Positions 9,023 to 17,889 of a DNA stretch of 64,000 nt are shown in pieces (position 1 is the first letter of the stretch; each line of letters begins with the position of its first letter). Below the pieces are notes generated by a model. The model searched no databases, was not told the DNA's origin, and saw nothing but the letters and a program-made list of their open reading frames with translations. A program made the position numbers and the translations under genes. Location: the NCBI RefSeq assembly GCF_000737315.1, contig NZ_JMCB01000003.1, positions 992,001-1,056,000 on the forward strand, given 5' to 3'. This DNA is from Hyalangium minutum. Lineage in GTDB: Bacteria > Myxococcota > Myxococcia > Myxococcales > Myxococcaceae.

Positions 9023-10218
9023 GCGCGGACCACCACCAGGCTGGTGTTCGCCCCACCGAATGCGAACGCATTGACGAGCGCCGAGCCCACCCGCTTGCGC
9101 AGGGCCTGGCCCTGAACGTGGGGAAGCTCGCAGCGAGGATCCGGGTTGCGCAGGCCCGCGGTCGGAAGCACCTCGTCCCGCTCCAGCCCATGTACCGCGC
9201 AGAGGAAGCCCAGCGCTCCCGCTCCCGCGATCCAATGACCGAGCGCCCCTTTCACCGAGCTCACATGGGCCTCGGCTAGCCGCGCTCCCAGCACCCGCCG
9301 GAGCGCTCGGGCCTCCACCTCGTCATTGAGCTGCGTCGAGGTGCCGTGCGCCTGCACGAAGTCCACGCCCTCAAGCCGGGCCTCCCGAAGCGCGGCTCGC
9401 ATCGCCGCCGCCGCACCTTCTCCCTCGGGATCCGGCGCGGTGAGGTGCCACGCATCGAGCGATCGCCCCACCCCCGCCACCGAGGCCACGGCATCGCCCT
9501 TCTCGGCGGAGAGCACCACCATCGCCGCGCCCTCCCCCACGACGAAGCCATCCCGGTGTGCATCGAAGGGACAAGACACGCCCCGAGCCGACAGCGCTCC
9601 CAACAGCCCGAACCCGGCCAGCATCAGCGGATCCACGTCCGCCCCAACGCCGCCACACAGCGCCACGTCCACTTCACCCCGGCGGATGGCTCGCACGCCC
9701 TCCGCGATGGCCGCAGCCCCCGAAGAGCAAGCCAGGGACAGCGTCTCACAGGGACCTCGAGCTCCGAACTCTCCCGCCAGCATCGACGCCACCGCCGCAG
9801 GAGACACCGCCGCCGCGTCAATCCGAGGAGCCAGTTCCCGCGCGCGTTGCCCGAACGCCTCATGGTCGAAGCGAGCACCGCCTCCAGCGGCCTGCGCCAG
9901 CGCCAGCACCGTGGAGAAGCTCGCACGGCCGGACTCCGCTCCCATGAAGACACCGATGCGCTCCGGTGCGGCACGGAGCCATGCATGAGCCCATGCCTCC
10001 CGAGCAGCTCGCAAGGCGAACTCCCGGCGGCGATCCTCCGCGCCCTCGGCGAGGCCTCGCACCGCAGCCGCCACCTGACACGGGAAGCCCTCGACGTCGA
10101 AGTGCTCCACCCTCGAAATCGCGCTCTCTCCCCGCGCCAGTGCCGCCACGGTGCTCGGCCAGTCCAGCCCGAGAGACGACACCGCGCCCACACCTCGGAC
10201 GAAGGCCTCACGCCGCAT
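9019..10218 (-). CDS. Beta-ketoacyl-ACP synthase II (FabF-like), catalytic triad intact
   Basis: SLACSSG, QAHGTST, SVKGALGH, NAFAFGGAN. Confidence 0.93.
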   Translation of the reverse strand: MRREAFVRGVGAVSSLGLDWPSTVAALARGESAISRVEHFDVEGFPCQVAAAVRGLAEGAEDRRREFALRAAREAWAHAWLRAAPERIGVFMGAESGRASFSTVLALAQAAGGGARFDHEAFGQRARELAPRIDAAAVSPAAVASMLAGEFGARGPCETLSLACSSGAAAIAEGVRAIRRGEVDVALCGGVGADVDPLMLAGFGLLGALSARGVSCPFDAHRDGFVVGEGAAMVVLSAEKGDAVASVAGVGRSLDAWHLTAPDPEGEGAAAAMRAALREARLEGVDFVQAHGTSTQLNDEVEARALRRVLGARLAEAHVSSVKGALGHWIAGAGALGFLCAVHGLERDEVLPTAGLRNPDPRCELPHVQGQALRKRVGSALVNAFAFGGANTSLVVVRA

Positions 10219-10248
10219 GGCTGTGCTCCTTGCGTCGCTGCGGCGCGC

Positions 10249-10716
10249 TCACGGCTCCTCCGCCGCTCCGGTCAACCAGACGTTGAGCACCTCGCGACGG
10301 CGCGCGCGCAGCTTCTCGCTCTTCACCTCGGCGAAGGCGAACGTGAGCTCGGCCTCGGCCGCGAGCTGGCCCTCCACCGTGGCCGTCGCGCGCACCTGGC
10401 CTCCCTCCTCCCGCGCGGTGATGAGGCGAGCCTCCAGCTCCAGCTTGTCTCCCGGACGCACCATCCTGCGGAACTTCGTCCGATCGATCATCGTCAGCAG
10501 TGCGTGCAGATCGTTGCGTCCGCGCTCGCGCATGGTCGCCTCCACCAGCACGCCGCCGAGCTGCGCCAAGGCCTCGACGATGAGCGCTCCGGGCATGATG
10601 GGGTGGCCTGGAAAGTGGTCGGCGAAGATGTCGTCCGAGAGCGAGACGCACTTGACGCCGTGAGCCACCTCCGCGGGCACCAGGCGCGTGATGCGGTCGA
10701 GCAGGACGTAGCGCAC
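10249..10716 (-). CDS. fabZ: 3-hydroxyacyl-ACP dehydratase (FabZ/FabA hotdog fold)
   Basis: LLDRI, FADHFPGHPIMPGALIVEALAQ, KFRRMVRPGD; GTG start at 10716 with GGAGG upstream. Confidence 0.9.
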   Translation of the reverse strand: MRYVLLDRITRLVPAEVAHGVKCVSLSDDIFADHFPGHPIMPGALIVEALAQLGGVLVEATMRERGRNDLHALLTMIDRTKFRRMVRPGDKLELEARLITAREEGGQVRATATVEGQLAAEAELTFAFAEVKSEKLRARRREVLNVWLTGAAEEP

Positions 10717-10906
10717 GAGGACCCTCCGCAATCCGGACCGCACCCCATCCACAGAGACGCGGACGCCGAAGCGTGACGAGCCGCGCTATAGCACGCACCC
10801 CAAGGGTCTGGACAGGCGCCCCCTCGGGCTAGCACGATGCCGCCACCTGTCGTCGCCCGAGGCGCGCGTCTGGCGTGCCCCAAGTCGCGGCGTCCCGGAG
10901 GCCTCC
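10717..10906. promoter_or_regulatory. Divergent promoter region between the two arms of the biosynthetic cluster
   Basis: Intergenic gap between head-to-head operons; TGCTATAG extended -10-like sequence on the minus strand near 10786-10794. Confidence 0.5.
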
Positions 10907-12655
10907 ATGGAATGCACGAGCTGCGCGCCGATCGAGGGAGTCGTCCAGCGGCCGGACAAGCCCCACACCTTCCTGCACCACGAACCCTCGACGTGCGAGA
11001 AATGCGCTGAGCCCGTGGAGGCCCGCGTCGTGCTGCGCAAGGGTGAAGTCTGGGCGCTCAAGTTCTGCACCACCTGCGGACAGTCGGAGGCCAAGGTCGC
11101 CGACAGCGCGGACGCGTACCTGGAGGCCTGGGTGAAGCGCGGCGAGGTGGCGGACGACGCGCGCGATCACCTCTTCAAGCACACCACCTCTACCTGCCCC
11201 CAATGCCTCGCGCTGCTGCAGGCCGAGGTCGTCATCCGCCGGGGCAAGGTCTACTTCAAGAAGAACTGCCGCAAGTGCGGGCCGTCGGAGGCACTGGTGA
11301 GCGAGGACGCGCGCTACTACGTGCGCGCCTACACCTTCGCTCGCGCGGGCACCGAGCCCCTGAAGTTCGCCACCGAGGTAAAGCACGGCTGCCCCACCGA
11401 CTGCGGCACCTGCTCGGACCACGAGCAGCACACGTGCCTGCCCATCGTCGAGGTGACGGACCACTGCAACCTCGAGTGCCCCATCTGCATCGTCAACAAC
11501 CAGTACTCCAACCACATCGAGCTGGCGGCGTTCCAGCGCATCGTCGACGGGATGGTGGAGCGCGAGGGCCAGCTCGAGTCCCTGGCGCTCTCGGGCGGCG
11601 AGCCCACCAGTCACCCGGAGATCCTCAAGCTGCTGGAGATCGCCAACCGGCCGGAGATCGGCCGCGTGGTGCTCATCACCAACGGCCTGCGCCTGGGCCG
11701 GGACCGCGCCTTCGCCGAGGCCATCAAGGCCAGCGGCGCCTACGTGGGCCTGCAGCTCGACGGCTTCACCGCTGACACGCACGAGAAGATCCGCGGCAAG
11801 GATCTCACCAAGGACAAGGTGGCGGCGCTGAAGATGCTCGAGGAGTTCAACATCCCCACGCAGATCATCTTCGTGGCCACGCGCGGCGTGAACGAGCACC
11901 AGATCGGCCAGGCCGTGCAGCTGCTCATGGAGAAGGACTTCGTCCTCTCGCTCAACTTCCAGCCGGCCGCGTACACGGGCTTCGGCGGAGGCGCCTTCAA
12001 GCACGACCCGATGGATCGGCTCACCATCCCGGGTGTCATCCAGCGCATCGAGGAACAGACGGGCGGCAAGCTGAAGGTGAGCGACTTCTCGCCCCTGCCC
12101 TGCTCACATCCGCAGTGCGTCTCGCTGACCTACCTCCTGAAGCTGAACGACGGCGCGTACATGCCCTTCGGGCGCTTCGTGGACTTCAAGCGCCACGGGA
12201 CGCTGCTGCGCTCGTCGGCCACGCTGGGAGCGTCGCCGGAGATCCATGACGCGCTGGAGGAGGTCATCCACGACGTCTTCGCCCGGCAGGACGAGGTGGA
12301 GCGCGGCGAGGACGTGCTCAAGGCGCTGCGGCGCTCGCTGGACGTGATGTTCCCGGACCGCAAGCTGACCAACAAGGAGTCCGTGCTCATCGGCGAGCAG
12401 CAGGCCAAGAGCATCTTCCTCCACCACTATATGGACCGGCACGACTTCGATCTGGAGCGGCTGCGCAAGTGCTGCCACCACTATCCCCAGGTGGATGGAC
12501 GCGTGATGCCGGCGTGCGGCTTCAACATGTTCCACCGTGGCGCCGCCAAGGGCCCGAAGACGGAGATCGCTCCCTGGGGCAAGAAGCCCTGGACGACGAA
12601 TCCTCCCGTCAACGCAGCGGGCCCGGCCTCCTTCAAGCTGCCGGTGTTGAAGTGA
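10907..12655 (+). CDS. Radical SAM enzyme, Tes/MJ0619 (GDGT-MAS)-like, with a duplicated N-terminal metal-binding domain
   Basis: CNLECPIC SAM-cluster motif preceded by GCPTDCGTCSDH; SGGEPT; C-terminal FDLERLRKCCHHY...DGRVMPACGFN; two TCxxC...CxxC repeats at the N terminus. Confidence 0.88.
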   Translation: MECTSCAPIEGVVQRPDKPHTFLHHEPSTCEKCAEPVEARVVLRKGEVWALKFCTTCGQSEAKVADSADAYLEAWVKRGEVADDARDHLFKHTTSTCPQCLALLQAEVVIRRGKVYFKKNCRKCGPSEALVSEDARYYVRAYTFARAGTEPLKFATEVKHGCPTDCGTCSDHEQHTCLPIVEVTDHCNLECPICIVNNQYSNHIELAAFQRIVDGMVEREGQLESLALSGGEPTSHPEILKLLEIANRPEIGRVVLITNGLRLGRDRAFAEAIKASGAYVGLQLDGFTADTHEKIRGKDLTKDKVAALKMLEEFNIPTQIIFVATRGVNEHQIGQAVQLLMEKDFVLSLNFQPAAYTGFGGGAFKHDPMDRLTIPGVIQRIEEQTGGKLKVSDFSPLPCSHPQCVSLTYLLKLNDGAYMPFGRFVDFKRHGTLLRSSATLGASPEIHDALEEVIHDVFARQDEVERGEDVLKALRRSLDVMFPDRKLTNKESVLIGEQQAKSIFLHHYMDRHDFDLERLRKCCHHYPQVDGRVMPACGFNMFHRGAAKGPKTEIAPWGKKPWTTNPPVNAAGPASFKLPVLK

Positions 12656-13392
12656 AGCTGCTGGAGGGACGCACGGCGCTCGTCACGGGCGGCTCCCGCG
12701 GGCTGGGACGAGCCCTCTGCCAGATCCTGGCGCGAGAGGGCGCCAACGTGGCCTTCTGCTACTCACGCTCCGAGCAGCACGCCACCGAGACGCTCGCCCT
12801 CATCCAGGCGCAGGGCGTGCGCGGCTGGTCCTATAAGGTGAACGTGCTCGACAAGCCGGCGGTGCAGCAGATGGTGCGCTCGCTGGAGCAGGAGTCGGGC
12901 GGCCTCGACATCCTCGTGAACAACGCGGGCGTGGGCCAGGTGGTCCCGCTGGCGCTCATGGAAGAGGAGGACTGGGACCGGGTGATGAACATCAACGTCA
13001 AGGGCGCATTCCTCGTCACCCAGGCCGCCATGCGAGGGATGATCCACCGCAAGCGCGGCCGCATCCTCAACATCAGCTCGCTGGCCGGGGTGAAGATGAT
13101 GCAGGCCCCCGTGCACTACTGCGCGGCCAAGGCCGCCCTCAAGGGCTTCACCGAGGCGCTGGCCAAGGAGCTCGGCCGCTACGGCGTCACGGTGAACTGC
13201 CTGGCGCCCGGCGTCCTGGAGGAAGGCGTCTCCGGGAACCTGCCGCAGCCGCGCCTCGAGGAGTACCTGCGCAACTGCGCACTCGGGCGCGTGGGCACAT
13301 TGGCGGAGGCGGCCGAGGTGGCGGCCTTCCTCGTGTCGGATCGCAACAGCTACATGAACGGAGCCACACTCGTCCTCGACGGGGCGGTGTGA
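12652..13392 (+). CDS. SDR / 3-oxoacyl-ACP reductase-like
   Basis: TGGSRGLG, LVNNAG, NISS, YCAAK; GTG start overlaps the radical SAM stop (GTGA). Confidence 0.88.
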   Translation: MKLLEGRTALVTGGSRGLGRALCQILAREGANVAFCYSRSEQHATETLALIQAQGVRGWSYKVNVLDKPAVQQMVRSLEQESGGLDILVNNAGVGQVVPLALMEEEDWDRVMNINVKGAFLVTQAAMRGMIHRKRGRILNISSLAGVKMMQAPVHYCAAKAALKGFTEALAKELGRYGVTVNCLAPGVLEEGVSGNLPQPRLEEYLRNCALGRVGTLAEAAEVAAFLVSDRNSYMNGATLVLDGAV

Positions 13393-13404
13393 GGAGGGGC
13401 TCAC

Positions 13405-14898
13405 ATGCCGGATGGATCCGCGGTGGCGGAGCGGCTGCTGCATGAGACGACCAGCCTGTGCCGACAGTGCAAGAACGCGCTGCCCGCGCAGGTGGTGGCG
13501 GTGGGCTCCGAGGTGCACATGCGCAAGCAGTGCCCCACACACGGTGCCCAGTCGGTGATGCTCTCGGACGACGCAGCCTGGTACGAGCGCACGCGCGCCA
13601 TCGCCACCCCGCCCGCGCCTCCGGTGGCTCGCAAGGCGGTGGAGCACGGCTGTCCGTTCGACTGCGGGGCCTGCAGCACCCACGAGCAGAAGGTCCGCCT
13701 GCCGGTGGTGACCATCACCAGCGCCTGCAACCTCAACTGCCCCATCTGCTACGTGCACAACAAGAACGAGGGCGCGTTCCATATGACGCTCGAGTCCTTC
13801 GACCAGATCCTCGGGCATCTGGTGAAGGACCACGGCGGCGAGCTGGACCTCATCAACTTCACGGGCGGCGAGCCCACCGTGCACCCGCACTTCCTCGACT
13901 TCATCGAGCACGCGCACAAGGCCGGGGCCCACCGCGTCACCCTCTGCACCAACGGCATCAAGCTCGCGCAGGACGAGCGGCTCGTGCAGCGGCTGGGAGA
14001 ACTTCAGGCGCGTGTGGCGCTCTCGTTCGACTCGTTCGAGCCCTCCGTGGACCAGGCGATGCAGGGGGCGAAGCTCCTGGACATCAAGCTGCGCTGTCTG
14101 GATCTGCTCGATAAGCACAACGTGGACTGCGCGCTCATCCCGGTGATGACGCGCGGGTACAACGATCACGAAGTCGGCCGCATCATCCGGCTCGGGCTGG
14201 AGCGCTCCTGTGTGCGGCACCTGGAGATCCACACCATCACGTATACCGGGCAGGGCGGCGTCAGCTTCGACCGCTCGGGACGCATCTCCATGCACGAGGT
14301 GCTGACGCGCATCCAGGAGACCACCGGGGGCATGCTGCGCGAGGAGGACTTCGTACCCTCCCCCTGCGCGCACCCGCTCTGCTACCAGATCGCATACATG
14401 CTGCTGGATCCGGAAGGCGGCCCGCCGGTGCCGTTCGCCCGCTTCATGCCGCGCGAGGAGTTCTACGCGGTGCTCGGCGAGCGCCTGTACCTAGAGCCCA
14501 GCCCGCGTCTGGAGACGGCGATGCACGATGCCATCGACCGGCTCTGGGCCTTTGGTGGCGACGAGGCGGAGCGCACGCTGCGGATGCTGAAGCACCTGCT
14601 GGGCGTGCTGTTCCCGCAGGGCCGGGTGCTGAGCCGGCACGAGGGGCTGCGGGCCTCGGAGCGGTGGGTGAAGGCCGTCTACGTGCACTCGCACATGGAC
14701 GAGGAGACCTTCGACGTGGAGCGAGTGATGCGCTGCTGTGACTCCAACTGCTACCCGGATGGGAGCACCATCCCGGTGTGCAACTACAACGTGCTGTACC
14801 GCGAGAAGGAGGCCCGCTTCATGCGCGCGCCGAAGACCTGGAACGAGCGGAGCGGCGGCTTCAAGCTCCCCGTCTTCCCTGGGGAGCGCGTCAAGTGA
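13405..14898 (+). CDS. Radical SAM enzyme, Tes/MJ0619-like (second paralog)
   Basis: TTSLCRQC...RKQCPTHG, GCPFDCGAC, CNLNCPIC, TGGEPT, FDVERVMRCC...DGSTIPVCNYN. Confidence 0.88.
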   Translation: MPDGSAVAERLLHETTSLCRQCKNALPAQVVAVGSEVHMRKQCPTHGAQSVMLSDDAAWYERTRAIATPPAPPVARKAVEHGCPFDCGACSTHEQKVRLPVVTITSACNLNCPICYVHNKNEGAFHMTLESFDQILGHLVKDHGGELDLINFTGGEPTVHPHFLDFIEHAHKAGAHRVTLCTNGIKLAQDERLVQRLGELQARVALSFDSFEPSVDQAMQGAKLLDIKLRCLDLLDKHNVDCALIPVMTRGYNDHEVGRIIRLGLERSCVRHLEIHTITYTGQGGVSFDRSGRISMHEVLTRIQETTGGMLREEDFVPSPCAHPLCYQIAYMLLDPEGGPPVPFARFMPREEFYAVLGERLYLEPSPRLETAMHDAIDRLWAFGGDEAERTLRMLKHLLGVLFPQGRVLSRHEGLRASERWVKAVYVHSHMDEETFDVERVMRCCDSNCYPDGSTIPVCNYNVLYREKEARFMRAPKTWNERSGGFKLPVFPGERVK

Positions 14899-14906
14899 CG
14901 CCTCGC

Positions 14907-15638
14907 ATGGAGGGGAAGCGCTGCCTCGTCACCGGAGGCTCGCGCGGACTGGGGCTGGCCATCTGCCAGGAGCTGGCGCGCGCGGGGGCTCGGGTGGCCT
15001 TCACGTACTCGAAGAACACGCGCGATGCGGAGGAGGCCCAGGCGCGCATCACCGAGGCAGGCTCGGCGCCACTCGTCTTCCAGGGCTCGGTGGCGGACGC
15101 CGCGCACGTGAAGAAGACGGTGGCCTCCGTGGTGGAGGCCTGGGGCGGCGTGGACGTGCTGGTGAACAACGCGGGGGCGAACCAAGTCCTTCCCATTGCG
15201 CTCATTGAGGAGGCGGACTGGGACCTGGTGATGGACGTCAACGTCAAGGGCACGTACCTGTTCTCCCGAGCGGTGCTGCGGCCGATGATCCGGGCACGGG
15301 CCGGGAAGATCCTCAACATCGGCTCGTTCGCCTCGGAGCGCGTGGTGGAGGCACCGGTGCACTACGCGGCGGCCAAGTCCGCACTGCGCGGGTTCACCGA
15401 GGCGCTCGCGCGGGAGGTAGGGCGCTACTCCATCCAAGTGAACCTGCTGGCGCCGGGGTTGCTGGATGCGGGGTTGTCGCGCTCACTGCCGCAGCACCGG
15501 CTGAACGAATACCTGAGCCAGTGCTCGCTGGGGCGGCTCGGCTCGGTGGAGGAGATCGCGCGCATGGCGGTGTTCCTCGTATCGGACGAGAACACGTTCA
15601 TGACCGGCGCCAAGGTCGTCGCAGACGGTGGCCTGTAG
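14907..15638 (+). CDS. SDR / 3-oxoacyl-ACP reductase-like
   Basis: TGGSRGLG, LVNNAG, YAAAK; alternative GTG start at 14895 overlaps the radical SAM stop. Confidence 0.88.
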   Translation: MEGKRCLVTGGSRGLGLAICQELARAGARVAFTYSKNTRDAEEAQARITEAGSAPLVFQGSVADAAHVKKTVASVVEAWGGVDVLVNNAGANQVLPIALIEEADWDLVMDVNVKGTYLFSRAVLRPMIRARAGKILNIGSFASERVVEAPVHYAAAKSALRGFTEALAREVGRYSIQVNLLAPGLLDAGLSRSLPQHRLNEYLSQCSLGRLGSVEEIARMAVFLVSDENTFMTGAKVVADGGL

Positions 15639-15647
15639 GAGGGCGGA

Positions 15648-16955
15648 ATGACGACCCGAGTCGAGGACATCCTGCGGCGGGGGTTCGAGGACTTCCGCGA
15701 GTTCGTCAACCCGCTCATCGCCCTGCGCGCCGAGGTCGCCGGGGAGCCCCTGCGCGTCGTGCACGCCCAAGAGGGCCGCCTGGAGGACGCCGAGGGCCAC
15801 CTCATCGAGGACTTCCACGGCACTCAGGCCTTCGGGCACCGCAACCCCACGATCGCGGCGGCGGTGCGCGAGTTCCTGGACACGGACTCGCCCTCCTGGT
15901 TCCCATCGCGCGTCAACCCGTACGCGGGGAGCCTGGCGCGGCGCCTGTGCGAGCGCACGGGGCACTACTCCAATGCCTTCTTCGCGAGCTCGGGCAGCGA
16001 GGCCGTGGAGGCGGCACTCAAGCTGGCGCGGGCCGTGACGCGCAGGCCACGGGTGCTTTCGCTCGATCGCGCCTACCACGGCTGCACGATGGGGAGCTGC
16101 GGGCTGATGATGCCCGGGACGTTCCGGGACCCCTTCGAGCCGCACCTGCCAGGAGTGGGTCCCCTGCCCTTCGGAGACATCGACGCGCTCTCGAAGGCCC
16201 TCGCTCAGAAAGATGTGGCTGCGGTGGTGGTGGAGCCCATCCAGCTCGAAGGTGGCGTGCGGCCCCTGTCACCCACGTACATCGATGCGCTGTGCGAGCT
16301 GACCCAGCGACACGGCACATTCCTCGTGGCCGACGAGGTGCAGACAGGCCTGGGGCGCACTGGCCGATTCCTCGCGAGTGAGCGCTGGCCGCGCCGTCCC
16401 GAGTGCGTGCTGCTGGCGAAGCACCTCGGCGGAGGGCTCCTGCCGATCTCGGCGATGCTGACCCGGCGCGACCTGTTCGAGACCGCGTACGGGAAGAACT
16501 TCGAGACAGCCGAGGCCCACAACTGCACCTTCAGCGGGAGCGCGATGGTGTGCGTCGCGGCGCATGCGGCGTTGGACCTGTTGACGGACTCCCTTATCGA
16601 GCGCGTTCGAGACGTGGGAGCCAGCTTCCGAGCCGGGCTCACGGAAGCGCTGGGGTCGCTGCCCCTCTTCGAGGAGATCCGAGGCGAGGGACTGGTCGCG
16701 GGCATCGTGCTGAAGCCGACGGAGCACCCGTGGCTGTCCTTCGAGCACTTCGGCATGGAGGACCTGGCGCACCGGCCCACCGTGGGACTGCTGCTGTGCC
16801 ACCGGCTGTATAAGCGCGGTTATTTCTGTTTCGTCTGTGGACACGACTGGAGCGTGCTGCGGCTGCAGCCGCGCTTCACCATCGCGGAGGAAGCGCTGGC
16901 CACCTTCACCCGGGTTGCCCGGGAGGAACTGGAGTTCCTGTGCAATCTCGACTGA
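15648..16955 (+). CDS. Class-III PLP-dependent aminotransferase
   Basis: SSGSEAVEAALK, AYHG, VVVEPIQLEGG, LVADEVQTGLGRTG, AKHLGGG (PLP Lys). Confidence 0.92.
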   Translation: MTTRVEDILRRGFEDFREFVNPLIALRAEVAGEPLRVVHAQEGRLEDAEGHLIEDFHGTQAFGHRNPTIAAAVREFLDTDSPSWFPSRVNPYAGSLARRLCERTGHYSNAFFASSGSEAVEAALKLARAVTRRPRVLSLDRAYHGCTMGSCGLMMPGTFRDPFEPHLPGVGPLPFGDIDALSKALAQKDVAAVVVEPIQLEGGVRPLSPTYIDALCELTQRHGTFLVADEVQTGLGRTGRFLASERWPRRPECVLLAKHLGGGLLPISAMLTRRDLFETAYGKNFETAEAHNCTFSGSAMVCVAAHAALDLLTDSLIERVRDVGASFRAGLTEALGSLPLFEEIRGEGLVAGIVLKPTEHPWLSFEHFGMEDLAHRPTVGLLLCHRLYKRGYFCFVCGHDWSVLRLQPRFTIAEEALATFTRVAREELEFLCNLD

Positions 16956-17665
16956 ATCCTCCCAAGGCGCTGGTGTTCGGAGGCACAGGCTCGGTGGGTG
17001 AGCATGTCCTCCGGGGCCTGGCTCGCGCGAACGTTCCCACAGCCTTCACCTGGAACCAGTCCCGCGAGCGGGCGCACGCCCTGGCGAGCGAACTCTCGAT
17101 GCGCCCGGTGCAGGTGGATCTCTCGGACGCCGCAGCGACGCGCGCAGCACTTCGAGTCCTGCGAGAAGAGGGCTTCGTCCCCAGCCTGTTCATCCACTGC
17201 GCGGGAGTAAACCAAGGCGCCTCGCTCGCGGACATCACTGACGAGAAGTGGTCCAAGGCGATGGCGGTGAACTGCCAGTCCGCCTTCATCGCTTGCCAGG
17301 AACTGGCGCCTGCGATGGCACAGGCCGGTGAGGGCCACTTCGTGTTGGTGGGAGCGCTAGACCGGACGCAGTCAGCGCCCTCGCCCGTGCACTTCGCGGC
17401 ATCCCAGGGAGCCCTGTCCGCCATGGCGATGGCCCTGGCCAAAGAACTGGGCCCCAAAGGCGTGCGCATCAACGTGGTAGCACTGGGGCTTCTGGAGAGC
17501 GGCCTGTCGCGCGAAGTCGGCGAGAAGCTCGTGAGTGACTACAAAGGCTTCAGCGCGCTCCGCCGCCTCGGCCGTCCCGAGGAGGCAGCAAAGGCCATCC
17601 TGTGGCTCGCGCTCGAGAACACGTACATGAACGGCAAAGTGTTGCCCGTGAACGGCGGTATCTGA
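16940..17665 (+). CDS. SDR-fold protein with a degenerate active site
   Basis: FGGTGSVG Rossmann motif; HFAASQ replaces YxxxK; C-terminal VLPVNGG. Confidence 0.8.
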   Translation: MQSRLNPPKALVFGGTGSVGEHVLRGLARANVPTAFTWNQSRERAHALASELSMRPVQVDLSDAAATRAALRVLREEGFVPSLFIHCAGVNQGASLADITDEKWSKAMAVNCQSAFIACQELAPAMAQAGEGHFVLVGALDRTQSAPSPVHFAASQGALSAMAMALAKELGPKGVRINVVALGLLESGLSREVGEKLVSDYKGFSALRRLGRPEEAAKAILWLALENTYMNGKVLPVNGGI

Positions 17666-17889
17666 CTCCTACCAGCGGAACATGATGGTTCCGGTGCGAA
17701 TCAAACCCGTGGCGCACTGCTCCTTGAGGACACAAACTCAGCACCCGATCAAAAGGCAATACCTGCACATCCAGATACTGATTATCATCATTTTTTTGGG
17801 GAAAGCACGGCTTGCATGGACCTTGCGTTACCTTGACTAATGCGCTCAAAATGCGATAGATGCCTCTGGCGAATTCTCCAGGGGGCGTC

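Noticed and set aside
5500-10218. Aromatic (minimal) type II PKS or aryl-polyene cluster
   Set aside because: No cyclase/aromatase, AMP-ligase, or aryl-polyene acyl/glycosyltransferases and exporters; FabZ and multiple reductases indicate reductive chain building.
3326-17665. Anammox-type ladderane cluster
   Set aside because: The radical SAM proteins show no cobalamin-binding domain, and no phytoene-desaturase-like or SAM-methyltransferase genes are present; their motifs are Tes/MJ0619-like.
17684-17715. tRNA-3'-like att scar at the left edge of the low-GC insert (minus strand GGGTTTGATTCGCACCGGAACCA)
   Set aside because: The T-loop is imperfect and the T-stem does not pair; too weak to support.
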